This document shows positions 39,301 to 47,837 of a stretch of 64,000 nt of DNA, piece by piece (the first letter of the stretch is position 1; each line of letters begins with the position of its first letter). The stretch lies in sequence record NC_042056.1; one strand, given 5' to 3'. Position numbers and translations under genes: made by a program. The notes beneath the pieces are model-generated. The model did no database searches and was not told the origin of the DNA. It saw only the letters and a list, made by a program, of their open reading frames with translations.

Positions 39301-40552
39301 CACCACCTTCATTCGCAGTAAAGAAGGTGAGGAGCACAAGCCGGGTGAAGTGCTGTCGTTTATCGACGGACTGGTACCGGACACGCTGATGGACGATGCG
39401 AAGCGTCAAAACTTCGTGGGTATCCAGTACGGTTCGACCACAACGGTCGTAGGGGCAATGGTACCGCCTTATCGGACTGAGTTAGAGAAGAGCGTTGCAC
39501 ATCGCACGTCGGTGAAACACGCACGCGGTATCGATAAGCCGGGCAAAATCGTCATGAAGACGGATGAGTTTATCCGTATCAAGTACGACGACGGTGAAGA
39601 AGAAACGTTTGAACTGGGGCGCTGGTACGGAGCACACGAGGGGACGTATTACCCACACACCGTTATCAGTAAATGGAAGCAGGGTGACAAACTGCCCGCG
39701 GGGTCTATCATCACCTTTAACGGTGATCACTTCGAACCGGATCTCTACGATCCAACACAGGTTTGCTTGAAAGAATCCATTCTGGCTAATGTCGCGTTGA
39801 TTGAAGCGGAAGAGGTTATTGAAGACTCGAATGCAATTAGTGAGCGGTTCGCTGCGAAAGCACAGTCTGATGTGACCAAAATCAAAGAAGTCACGATTGG
39901 CTTTAACCAGAACATGTTGGAAATGGTGAAAGAAGGAGACCATGTAGATGTGGAGTCAATTCTATGCACCTTCAGCGACAACCTGAACGACGATATGAGC
40001 GGCTTCAGTAAAGAAGCAGCCCAAACCCTGTACGAACTCAGTTCGTTCTCACCGCAAGCCGGTGTGCGGGGACATGTCGATAAAATCGAAGTGGTTTACC
40101 ATGGTGACCCAGAAGACCTGACTCCATCGCTGAAAACGTTGGTGAATGGGAAAGACCGTCAACGTCGTAAACTGGCAAACGCGCTGGGCAAGGACATTCC
40201 AACGTCCGGCAGCGTAAACGGGGATTACCGTGTAGACGGTGTGCCGCTGGCGTACAACACGATGTGTGTGAAGTTCTATATCACGCACCGTGTGGACATG
40301 GCGGCTGCTGACAAAATGGTTATCGCTAACCAGTTGAAAACCACGGTACAAGAATTGATGCGTGGCGAGAACTACACTGAACGTGGAGAGGAGCTGGACA
40401 TCATCTTTGGCCGTAACTCGGTGGATGCCCGTATCGTAGGTTCACTGATGCGTATCGGAACATGTAATGCCGCCGGTTTCCATGGCGGTCTTTGTGTCGG
40501 GAAGATTTTAGACGGTGAGGCCGTTCCTGAACTCCCTGCTAAAATCAAATAA
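36365..40552 (+). CDS. Virion RNA polymerase beta subunit, N-terminal/major part (phiKZ gp178-like)
   Basis: PDTLMDDAKRQNF, EDSNAISERF, ADKMVIANQLKT, LDIIFG…ARIVG match RpoB DDANR, EDS, GDK..G..GNK and DIVLNP..SRM motifs. Confidence 0.9.
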   Translation: MLLIKQFNQRFSVRRTDEFGKPRIIPLEKLQIPRGSVFHMVDLDQVVLAPPVTTPYFQELEKPAQIRHHYRLPEDGISGKPIPVPVQGQERQILAYHRANRRFRRLTDDTLVRRDPKVLLIENYTPMLPHYRYPDTLMSWYDRLRNIQVLIANQFKYDTAEYLRQNYIIVNLGSTLPSFDKFKTTYNNRIKNKLEHFQSIELLWLLDLFGWARGDQKDTLFAGMDMTQLSRMNFIFTHNSGFTSMNMGVVERMRKSAGGRLTDDVMSRHFYRTLIQVMTTQPSDKFETEFVTPEGEEQTVMHDVENDDIVEGSDDITDEDIVNDEPVVNDDDVDFDTNEDLVIEAPKEDVKPTTIVVEKTIDHAAVIKQEVEKLAEAGRVTAKAYKFLNESNQRFNQLPNPYNPKETYEQALTYSVKDIEVKPKKTLVKPLVTTEDWTQSTVDAMDKQYNSVVLPKDILSAVASSQRLGMAIHDHKVEKEISVTGNIEHHTLRLQPIGGEPVTVRFQTPALTEDGTWMANGTEYTMRRQRVDLPIRKVDFDTVALTTAYGKNFVRRSDKVANDYGRWLTNAIIVQAVDPKNTNVTDAKLANVFDPLNTLPRQYTMVARRVSGFNAMGYQWNFDSKKLNEFFGEEGVKNLEAKELLPVAKMRGNKFIGMDENSQIYKVDGDKMEPQGDLADFLGVDATKSPREMTELSLMGTSLTLGFIFSYYLGLTGMLKHFGIRYEVLPPGNRIDKTLYDSVIRLADSKIVVICDNDKQRMIVNGLDKYLKLLTTYTESEVDREDIYLNLIRDADGLTPRYINELRLMRTAFVDDMHARILRKMGEPETFIGLLERANEMLLTDYTKPEINGDEMMFVGNQRIAYHVYTAMVRAMRNYQNAPGSNRRFELSQDMVWGAINSDPSVLLAPGANPIQCTKEKDVITMGGTGGRNRKTMVYHTREFQESDLGIVSGNTVDNGDVGITAFLTNNPRFDTVDGTTFIRSKEGEEHKPGEVLSFIDGLVPDTLMDDAKRQNFVGIQYGSTTTVVGAMVPPYRTELEKSVAHRTSVKHARGIDKPGKIVMKTDEFIRIKYDDGEEETFELGRWYGAHEGTYYPHTVISKWKQGDKLPAGSIITFNGDHFEPDLYDPTQVCLKESILANVALIEAEEVIEDSNAISERFAAKAQSDVTKIKEVTIGFNQNMLEMVKEGDHVDVESILCTFSDNLNDDMSGFSKEAAQTLYELSSFSPQAGVRGHVDKIEVVYHGDPEDLTPSLKTLVNGKDRQRRKLANALGKDIPTSGSVNGDYRVDGVPLAYNTMCVKFYITHRVDMAAADKMVIANQLKTTVQELMRGENYTERGEELDIIFGRNSVDARIVGSLMRIGTCNAAGFHGGLCVGKILDGEAVPELPAKIK

Positions 40553-40557
40553 CACTC

Positions 40558-40580
40558 TGGGCGGGTCGCTACCGCCCAGT
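40558..40580 (+). other. Intercistronic hairpin
   Basis: CTGGGCGG-GTCGCTA-CCGCCCAG, no U-tract. Confidence 0.5.
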
Positions 40581-40598
40581 CAAACTCCGGAGTAAGGT

Positions 40599-40892
40599 AT
40601 GTCAATTTTAGAACAAATCCGTATGCGCCACAATTTGCCGGTCGCCGACAATGTGCAGTCGCAAGAGACGGACAGCTTTTCACCGGTGCAACGCATGAAT
40701 GCGATTACACTGGCAAATGCCGTGGAACTGACCACGGAAGTTATCCACGGGTTAATGCGTGGGAATAACGGCCTCGATGGTCGCATGGGTGAACAGCGTT
40801 TGCTCAAGCGTGATATTGCCGACATGGTCGGTGGTCGTCTGGCAGGTCGTGTGCAGGATGTTATCAGCACCGTGAAGGGGAACAACCAATGA
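40599..40892 (+). CDS. Hypothetical (probable virion) protein
   Basis: 97 aa within the RNAP-protease head operon. Confidence 0.7.
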   Translation: MSILEQIRMRHNLPVADNVQSQETDSFSPVQRMNAITLANAVELTTEVIHGLMRGNNGLDGRMGEQRLLKRDIADMVGGRLAGRVQDVISTVKGNNQ

Positions 40893-42352
40893 TCAATCTG
40901 TACTCTGTTAACGCTACTACGAATGCCATGCGTTTGCTGAAACAGGCAAGCCTGCGTTTAAGTGCGGATGAAGGTTCTCCGATTGCGCTGCTGAACAAAG
41001 CCACAAACCAAGGGTCTGTGTTTGACTCTGCCATCACTGATGAGCAGTTCTTCCAAACCCTGCCGCAAATCACGGCACTGCGCCAGCCTGCGCATGGTAC
41101 TGGCGAAGACAACGTGATTGTTGATACGGCTGCCGGTGCAGAGTCCATTCGTGTGGAAGACCACGAACCGACCCTGTATGAACTGAAGCGTATGATCAGC
41201 CAGCGTTGTGCGGGGATGCTGGACTTCTCCCGTAACGTGATTCAGCCGTTCGTGCAGGACGTGTTGAAGAACAACCAGATTGCCCCGGTGCAGGAAGTCA
41301 AAGAAGATTGGCAACTGGTTCCAGTGGATACCGATCCGTGTATCAACGAACCGATTGTACAAGCGCTGATTAACAAACTCGACAACCCGACCGGCATGGG
41401 CTTCTCCCACGAAGCGCTGGACGTGAGTGTGCCGGATGTTATCGATGTGCCGGAAACCGGCCGTAAGACCTTTGACCAGTTGGTGAACAAACTGCTGACT
41501 GAACTGGGTCTGTCCATGTCCGAAGCGATGCGTACGCTGTGCGCGGGTAACGCGGTTGTGCCGAACTCTACACAGGCTCCGCATTACATGAAGCAGAACG
41601 TACTGTTCCTGCTGCTCAGTGCGTACTTCCTGGAGAACCCGTGGGCAAACTCTGGCGTCAGTGTTGACCGTTGGAAAGCCCAGTTCACCAAAGCCCACTA
41701 CAGCTATTGTGGTTGGGTGTACCTGTACGCCGAAGCTGTCGTGGTGCGCACCAAACTCGGCAACATCGTTTACTCTTACGATGCCAACGACAAGAAAGTG
41801 TACATCTGTCAGGAAGCGCTGGACAGCTACCTGAACGACAATGGCACGGTTGAAGCCCTGCTGGGTGCTCTCTATCTGCTGGACGACGGTGACACCACTG
41901 CGTCAACCAACAAGCAATCGCTGTTGGATAAGCAAGATGCGTACGTGGCCGCGTGGGATCGTCGCAGTTCCATTCGCCGTATGGCAGCCGATACCGATTG
42001 GCTGACCACGAACCGTCAGGCGCTGAAGACGGCATTTAATCTGTCCATCGATACCCTCGATCCGGATTACCTGTCCACTGTCGGCGAAAACAAAAAGCTG
42101 ACCCCGGCGGAAGCGAAACTGGCATGTGCGTCGTCCATCGACCACCTGTTCAACCGCAGCACCACCGACATCACCGCATTCATTATTCGTACTGCGTGCT
42201 GTGAAGTGTTTGGCGAGTATGAGCTGTCCAATCTGATGCTTTCTATCCATGAAGGTATGATTGAAGGTCAGAAGCCGGATGCCGTTGCCTCAACGTGGAT
42301 CACCAACTACGTTCTGGATTGGCTGTTGCAGGGTGTGCTGATCGAAGAATAA
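40889..42352 (+). CDS. Probable head protein (phiKZ gp177-like by position)
   Basis: 487 aa between vRNAP beta and the beta'-C/protease genes. Confidence 0.7.
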   Translation: MINLYSVNATTNAMRLLKQASLRLSADEGSPIALLNKATNQGSVFDSAITDEQFFQTLPQITALRQPAHGTGEDNVIVDTAAGAESIRVEDHEPTLYELKRMISQRCAGMLDFSRNVIQPFVQDVLKNNQIAPVQEVKEDWQLVPVDTDPCINEPIVQALINKLDNPTGMGFSHEALDVSVPDVIDVPETGRKTFDQLVNKLLTELGLSMSEAMRTLCAGNAVVPNSTQAPHYMKQNVLFLLLSAYFLENPWANSGVSVDRWKAQFTKAHYSYCGWVYLYAEAVVVRTKLGNIVYSYDANDKKVYICQEALDSYLNDNGTVEALLGALYLLDDGDTTASTNKQSLLDKQDAYVAAWDRRSSIRRMAADTDWLTTNRQALKTAFNLSIDTLDPDYLSTVGENKKLTPAEAKLACASSIDHLFNRSTTDITAFIIRTACCEVFGEYELSNLMLSIHEGMIEGQKPDAVASTWITNYVLDWLLQGVLIEE

Positions 42353-42365
42353 CGGAGGGTGTGGC

Positions 42366-43088
42366 ATGAGTGCCATTGAAACCGCACGCCGCGATCCGCG
42401 AAAGATCCATGCTGACTTGGTCGACGAGGGCACTGCCACTATTACCAAAGGGGGGTGTTACCTTTACATCCCTGTTGGGTATACCTCGAAAGAACTGGCG
42501 TTCATTTCTTCAACGATTGAAATCGTGGGGATGTTCGCCATTTCGACTGACCGTAAGACGTACGGTGTCTCGAACGTCACGACGTTTATTGAGATTACAC
42601 CGTCTTCGTTTGAAGAGGTGGATGTTGCAGGCGAGCCTTACTACGAGTTCCGCTTTGACCCCGGTACGGTTGTGTTCCCGAACCGTATGTTACAAGTGGT
42701 TTCCAACCCGGTGTATAACATCGCCTCCTACGTGTACGACTTTGGTAACCGACCGTTTTGGTTTACCATCGTAGACGATGCTGAGCTGTTGTCCGAAGCA
42801 CCGTTGTGGAATGGTTTTCGGGTCTTTGCTGACCAGATTACCGCAGACTGTTACGCGGCACACACCCAACGCAAGAAAGGTGACCCACGTACGTTCTTCC
42901 GTTACACGCTGAAAAAAGACAGCGATATGTTTGGTCCCGTCCAGTACATCCCTCTTCGAGATGGTTCGCTTAACAAAACCTCTCGACTGGCGAAGCTTGC
43001 TGACGTCGAGCTGAAACGCGGGATTCGTTCTGCGCTCAGTGTCGATCCGATTCGTGCTGAACCGCTTGAGGATCTCTTCATGAGATAA
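42366..43088 (+). CDS. Probable virion RNA polymerase beta' C-terminal fragment (phiKZ gp176-like)
   Basis: C-terminal GSLNKTSRLAKLADVELKRGIRSAL…EPLEDL resembles RpoC [25 protein letters not shown]…ELRGLKEN; conserved position. Confidence 0.62.
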   Translation: MSAIETARRDPRKIHADLVDEGTATITKGGCYLYIPVGYTSKELAFISSTIEIVGMFAISTDRKTYGVSNVTTFIEITPSSFEEVDVAGEPYYEFRFDPGTVVFPNRMLQVVSNPVYNIASYVYDFGNRPFWFTIVDDAELLSEAPLWNGFRVFADQITADCYAAHTQRKKGDPRTFFRYTLKKDSDMFGPVQYIPLRDGSLNKTSRLAKLADVELKRGIRSALSVDPIRAEPLEDLFMR

Positions 43089-43145
43089 TGGGTAGCGGCA
43101 TCGTCGCCGGTGCCGTTATTCACTGACAATTAACTGGGGTAAACA

Positions 43146-43952
43146 ATGGATTCGAATTTAACCATGCGTTACAACTGCGTAGCGCTTGCGGGGATAAACA
43201 AAGGGCAGACGCTCCAGAAGGACGCGGACGGATACTACTACGTTCTGCTGGGTGCGTTGAACATTTTCAACTCGGAAGGTATCTTCTACGCGTTTAATGA
43301 ATCGAAGCATGTCTTCGACCGTTCAAGCGTGTTCATGCGCAAGGTACAGGCCGGTAACCTGTTTGGTGAAGAAGACCACCCGCCGTTTGAGCCGGGTATG
43401 TCAGAAGCCCAATGGATTGAACGCAACGAATGGATTGAAACCAAGAACGTTGCCATGCACATTCGTGAAGTCGAATTAAAACCGACTGACCAAGTGTGTA
43501 ACGGTATGCCAGTGGTGGAAATCTGGGGCTGGATTAAACCGAACCGCGATCGTGGTCCGTATCTGGCTGAGGCATTAGAGAACCCACATCAAAACGTGTG
43601 CTTCTCTCTGCGTGCCATCGTTCGCGAAGGCCGTATCGGTGGTACCCTGTGTCGTCGTATTGACCGTATGGTCACTTTCGACTGGGTTATCGAAGACGGC
43701 TTGCAAATCTGCAACAAATACTCTGCGATTGAACGCGGCAGTAAAGTTGCCCGTGAAAGTACCCGTACGTTTGTTGACCGTCCTATCCACCGTCGCACGT
43801 TGGAAGAGATGGCCTTCAACCCGCAAGCGACGTCTAAGATTGCGACAGAGTCACGTCGCGGCGCAGCACGTCAGATTGCACGCGAGTACCTGAACTATTC
43901 CGAGGCCCGTCCTCATACGCGTGTTGTGGGGTTAGGGAAGGGGAGCTGGTAA
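43146..43952 (+). CDS. Prohead (head maturation) protease (phiKZ gp175-like)
   Basis: GEEDHP (catalytic His), CFSLRA (catalytic Ser), TFDWV; C-terminal A-x-E candidate self-cleavage sites (ARE, ATE). Confidence 0.85.
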   Translation: MDSNLTMRYNCVALAGINKGQTLQKDADGYYYVLLGALNIFNSEGIFYAFNESKHVFDRSSVFMRKVQAGNLFGEEDHPPFEPGMSEAQWIERNEWIETKNVAMHIREVELKPTDQVCNGMPVVEIWGWIKPNRDRGPYLAEALENPHQNVCFSLRAIVREGRIGGTLCRRIDRMVTFDWVIEDGLQICNKYSAIERGSKVARESTRTFVDRPIHRRTLEEMAFNPQATSKIATESRRGAARQIAREYLNYSEARPHTRVVGLGKGSW

Positions 43953-44567
43953 ATGGCTGAATACGATGCTTCCTTAGATAAGTGGTTTGAAAACCAACTA
44001 CCTCGTGTCGCGAAGAAACTCACGATAAAAGGGATAGAGGTGCCACCTTTACACATCGGCGGTAAGGTGCGTGTCTTTACACCGCGGTTGCCCAACAGCC
44101 CGGCACCTGGGGAAGATCAGACCATTCCACGCGTTTGCTGCTCATTAACAATCAAGAACTGTTGTGTGGGTGCACGCCACAACTTTCAGTTCGCAAACGA
44201 GAACCCACGGTTGTTCATCTATGCGTTCGATGAACGCAGCGTTGTGCAACCCTCCGTTGAGGTCACAAAGGAACCGAACCGGGCGGGGGAAGTTTGGATT
44301 GTTCCACACCGTATGGCTAACTGGGAAATCAAGCCTCGTGTGATTGGTGAGATGCGCCTGGCCAATATGGCGAAGGATTACACCGAATTGGACTATGTCC
44401 TGTTGGTGTCCGAACCCACGGTATGGGAAAACGGCACAACGTTGAAACCCGACACGGCCTATCACTTCAAAGTGACGTGGTCGCCAGAGTTTCGTTTCAC
44501 GGAACCTAAAGTGGTGCCAGTTGATGTCTATCACGATGCCCTGAATGCGTATACCGTCACCCGTTAA
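43953..44567 (+). CDS. Hypothetical (probable virion) protein, possible ADP-ribosyltransferase-like fold
   Basis: LHIG…FTPRLP…EDQTIPRVCCSLTI…GEVWI. ORF confident, fold speculative. Confidence 0.6.
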   Translation: MAEYDASLDKWFENQLPRVAKKLTIKGIEVPPLHIGGKVRVFTPRLPNSPAPGEDQTIPRVCCSLTIKNCCVGARHNFQFANENPRLFIYAFDERSVVQPSVEVTKEPNRAGEVWIVPHRMANWEIKPRVIGEMRLANMAKDYTELDYVLLVSEPTVWENGTTLKPDTAYHFKVTWSPEFRFTEPKVVPVDVYHDALNAYTVTR

Positions 44568-44615
44568 GTAAGTTCGTGGTCTGCAAATCACACTTACTAC
44601 ACTGGAGGCAGTAAC

Positions 44616-44912
44616 ATGAAAGCGGTAAACATTGTGATACCTCCTAGCCTTAACATGTTTTCCCCAGAAGAGTTGAAAGCCGTTGGTTTTCATGCGATTC
44701 AGGGAAGGGTGGGTAAAAACGTCTTAGCCGAAGTGTTGTCTGAACGGTTGGATACAAAGCGAAAGATCAATAATGTCATCGCGGCGATTCCACAGCAAGA
44801 CCTCACGAAATTCTATCTCGACCTGCAAGCAGCCGGTGCGACGATTGACTATAGCCGGACGTTCTTCTTACAAACCGAGCTATACCGCCGTATTGTTACT
44901 GTGAAGCAGTAA
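44616..44912 (+). CDS. Hypothetical protein
   Basis: 98 aa, GGAGG RBS. Confidence 0.75.
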   Translation: MKAVNIVIPPSLNMFSPEELKAVGFHAIQGRVGKNVLAEVLSERLDTKRKINNVIAAIPQQDLTKFYLDLQAAGATIDYSRTFFLQTELYRRIVTVKQ

Positions 44913-44968
44913 TAAAAAAATACAGCATTACATGTTTTTGTGCGGGGACTTTTTAAGGATAACATGAA

Positions 44969-45526
44969 ATGATTTATTTGGATAGCGATGGCGTGTTCGC
45001 CGGTTGGCGATTGTACGCACTGCCCAAATACTTTCCGACGATGACTTCACACGAGTTTAACAAACTACCAGAACTGAAGCGCCGGGGGTTGATGCGGGAC
45101 ATGTATCAACAGGAGCCTAACCTCTTCTATAACCTTCCACCCAATAACGCAATGATTCAAGTTCTTGAATTCATTGAGAAAGAATGCTTACCGTGGTCTA
45201 TTCTTACCTCCGGGTCAGAAGATCACTATGATCATGATTTGGTGGTAGATTGCAAAGAGCGCTGGTTTGATAAACACTTTGGTGTTCCAGCAGACAAAAT
45301 CATCGTGACTGAAAACTCAGGAGCGAAGGCGGCGTATGCGGGACGAGGGAAACTGCTTGTTGACGATTTCGGTCGCAATTGTCGCGAGTGGGCACTCAAA
45401 GGTGGTACCGCCTATTGGGTTCACACAGATGAGCCAAACGTGCGGGATCTTATTCGCCATATTGGTGCTTTTGCAGAAGATCCTAATATGCTCTGTGGGT
45501 CTATCCTACAGATACAAGCAGGTTAG
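44969..45526 (+). CDS. HAD-family 5'(3')-deoxyribonucleotidase-like protein
   Basis: IYLDSDGV, ILTS, K..W...HF, K..YA, LLVDDFGRN..EW...GG. Confidence 0.82.
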   Translation: MIYLDSDGVFAGWRLYALPKYFPTMTSHEFNKLPELKRRGLMRDMYQQEPNLFYNLPPNNAMIQVLEFIEKECLPWSILTSGSEDHYDHDLVVDCKERWFDKHFGVPADKIIVTENSGAKAAYAGRGKLLVDDFGRNCREWALKGGTAYWVHTDEPNVRDLIRHIGAFAEDPNMLCGSILQIQAG

Positions 45527-45534
45527 GTGTTAAG

Positions 45535-45577
45535 GTGGCCATCCCTCAAAAGGTGGCCACGTATTCTATATTTTTTT
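45535..45577 (+). terminator. Probable intrinsic terminator
   Basis: GTGGCCATC…GGTGGCCAC hairpin followed by a T-rich tract. Confidence 0.55.
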
Positions 45578-45599
45578 GGATATATATTACCTAGGTGAA
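45578..45599 (+). promoter_or_regulatory. Candidate early promoter, copy 3
   Basis: GGATATATATTACCTAGGTGAA; contains the exact TATATTAC. Confidence 0.72.
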
Positions 45600-45642
45600 C
45601 TTGCATCTGTAAGTTTTTCAATCGACTATCGAGGAGTAAACA

Positions 45643-45834
45643 ATGAGCGAATTATTACGCAGCTTTCTGAAACTGCACGACGGTTCTAAAGACGCCTGCA
45701 AAGCATTTGAAGCGCAGTCCACGATGGATGAGCGTGCGGTACTGGTCAGGAAACTGGCCGTCGCTGTCAATGACAAAGACACTGTACGTGAAGCTGAAAT
45801 CCGTAAACAACTTTTTGGGACTGTAAACAAATGA
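45643..45834 (+). CDS. Small hypothetical protein
   Basis: 63 aa, GAGGAG RBS. Confidence 0.72.
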   Translation: MSELLRSFLKLHDGSKDACKAFEAQSTMDERAVLVRKLAVAVNDKDTVREAEIRKQLFGTVNK

Positions 45835-46508
45835 ATCCACAAGACGTCCGTAAACTGACCGAGCAAGTTATCCGCCACTTCTACGACTTCTATCGTTACA
45901 CAGACAGTGCGCACCGTATCGACCACATCCGTTCCGTTATCAGTAACGTGATTCGCATCTGCTACACCAACGGCTGGCAGGAACATCTGAAGCTGGCCAT
46001 TATCGCAGCGGGCGCTCACGACATCTTCTCAACCAAAGAGCTGAGAGCAGAACACCACATCAAAGGTTTTACGTGGGTGCTTGATAATAAGCCCCTACTG
46101 ATGCGTAAATACAAACTCACCTCCGACGAGTGCTACACCATCGCGTATGCGGTGATGGAACACCGGGGCAGTTTCAAAGGGAACTACAACAGCATCGTCT
46201 CCGAAATTGTGGCAGCGGCTGACCGTGGGATTCCGTCTAAGGATGATGTGACCAACTACATCGGCCGCAGCTACTTGTATGCGCGTGACAACTTAGAGAA
46301 AAGTATTTCGAATGCGAAGTTCCACGCTGTGGCTCACATTCAGGATAAGTTTGGACGCAACGCTTATGCGAAGGTTCCAGACTGGTACCACGAAATGTTC
46401 GCCAGAGAACTGGCTGAACGACGTGACATTATCGACATGCTCGATACCGACTTCTTTACACCAGACTTGGTGGAAGATTTAGAACGTAAACTCAATAACA
46501 ACCCGTAA
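45831..46508 (+). CDS. HD-domain phosphohydrolase
   Basis: AHRIDHI, AAGAHDI, MEHRGS, VAAADRG (H…HD…H…D). Confidence 0.82.
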   Translation: MNPQDVRKLTEQVIRHFYDFYRYTDSAHRIDHIRSVISNVIRICYTNGWQEHLKLAIIAAGAHDIFSTKELRAEHHIKGFTWVLDNKPLLMRKYKLTSDECYTIAYAVMEHRGSFKGNYNSIVSEIVAAADRGIPSKDDVTNYIGRSYLYARDNLEKSISNAKFHAVAHIQDKFGRNAYAKVPDWYHEMFARELAERRDIIDMLDTDFFTPDLVEDLERKLNNNP

Positions 46509-46520
46509 GGATTATCAAAG

Positions 46521-47021
46521 ATGGCCAAAATGACTTCTGTTAAAGACCTGATCGCTGACCTGAACGCTGGCGCTACCACCACACTGGCTGAGCGTCGCCT
46601 GACTGAAGAGTCCGTTACCAATCTGGTACGTGGCTTCGAAGCCGGTACACCGACCATCAAAGTCACCCCGAACGAAAAGGGTGAGCATAAGCTGACCATC
46701 GCGGACATGGACACCATGGACCAATACCGCGCCAACTTCCACGAAGCGTTCAGCAGCATCACCAAAGATCTGATTGGTGAAGAAGCGCGTAAAGACCCAG
46801 AGCTGGGTGCGATGGAAGTGACGCTGGATGTCGGTAAGACCACCTTCTCCACTGCGTTCGCCCGCCCGACTGGCGACAACCCATCTCAGAAAGAGTGGGC
46901 TGCTTCCATCGGCTTCGGCTACAGCACCATCAAGAATAAGTCACTGGAAGGCGCGCTGCGTCGTGACTTCGCCAAGGGCTTCCTCGAAGTTGAAGAGGAA
47001 GACGAAGAAGACGAAGAGTAA
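46521..47021 (+). CDS. Hypothetical protein with acidic tail
   Basis: 166 aa, AAGGA RBS, ends EVEEEDEEDEE. Confidence 0.8.
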   Translation: MAKMTSVKDLIADLNAGATTTLAERRLTEESVTNLVRGFEAGTPTIKVTPNEKGEHKLTIADMDTMDQYRANFHEAFSSITKDLIGEEARKDPELGAMEVTLDVGKTTFSTAFARPTGDNPSQKEWAASIGFGYSTIKNKSLEGALRRDFAKGFLEVEEEDEEDEE

Positions 47022-47194
47022 TGGTCAAGATAGTCATCGACCATCACCCTGATGTTATTCCGTTCACGGCGATTCGAAAGGACGGCACGATTGCACCACC
47101 CGAGCAGTTGGGTATGACAATCCGTGTTGTTCCGTCTCTAACGCCTAAGCCACTGGACGGGGTAGCAAAACTCTATCACCGGAAACGGCGGTAG
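47021..47194 (+). CDS. Possible 57-aa small protein
   Basis: TAATG-coupled ORF MVKIVIDHHPDVIPF…LYHRKRR*, ending just before a terminator; below the track's length cutoff. Confidence 0.5.
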   Translation: MVKIVIDHHPDVIPFTAIRKDGTIAPPEQLGMTIRVVPSLTPKPLDGVAKLYHRKRR

Positions 47195-47203
47195 GGTTAC
47201 AGA

Positions 47204-47236
47204 AGAGAGCTGTCTTATGACAGCTTTCTTTTTTTT
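47204..47236 (+). terminator. Intrinsic terminator
   Basis: AGAGAGCTGTC-TTAT-GACAGCTTTCT followed by a T-tract. Confidence 0.8.
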
Positions 47237-47253
47237 GATCTTGAGAGAACATT

Positions 47254-47790
47254 ATGAACGAAATGATGGGTACGATTACCAACGGGATGTTACCGTGCAG
47301 ATTGTCTCGCGAAGAGATTATTGCCCGTATCGGTTTACTGGCCGATATCCATATCCGAGGTTTGCTTTCCTCGCTGACGTTGCAGGAGTTCACGGAGATT
47401 GCCGAGTACCCCGTGGAAATCATGACCTGTACCGCCAACGGCTACCAACGTTTTCTGTCCGAAACGACCCCTACCATTATCCAGAAAACGGCCGGGTTTA
47501 TTCTGCGTTATAAATCTGCGCTGATTTACGAGCTGGGCAAAGAAGTGTTGAATGTGCTTGAAAAAGAACACATCACGCTGAATGCTTCAGATGTGGCCAA
47601 ACTGGAAGGGGGTGACAAAAACCTATTGACGCTCTGGACGGTTGCGAACCCAACGTTGTCTGACGTTGCACCCACTTCCCGGTACGACATCTTTGCCACC
47701 TACCTGTTTATCAGCCACATCAAATGGTTGGTCATCCGCTTAGAAGCGGAAGGTGAGAAACCGGCTGCTGCGGCTGAACAGAAAAAATAA
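47254..47790 (+). CDS. Hypothetical protein
   Basis: 178 aa. Confidence 0.75.
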   Translation: MNEMMGTITNGMLPCRLSREEIIARIGLLADIHIRGLLSSLTLQEFTEIAEYPVEIMTCTANGYQRFLSETTPTIIQKTAGFILRYKSALIYELGKEVLNVLEKEHITLNASDVAKLEGGDKNLLTLWTVANPTLSDVAPTSRYDIFATYLFISHIKWLVIRLEAEGEKPAAAAEQKK

Positions 47791-47834
47791 AAAGCCACCC
47801 ACTCCCGAAGGAGTGGGTAAGCTTATCTTTTTTT
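47791..47834. terminator. Bidirectional intrinsic terminator
   Basis: ACCCACTCC-CGAA-GGAGTGGGT (47797-47818), flanked by A and T tracts. Confidence 0.85.
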
Positions 47835-47837
47835 GCC

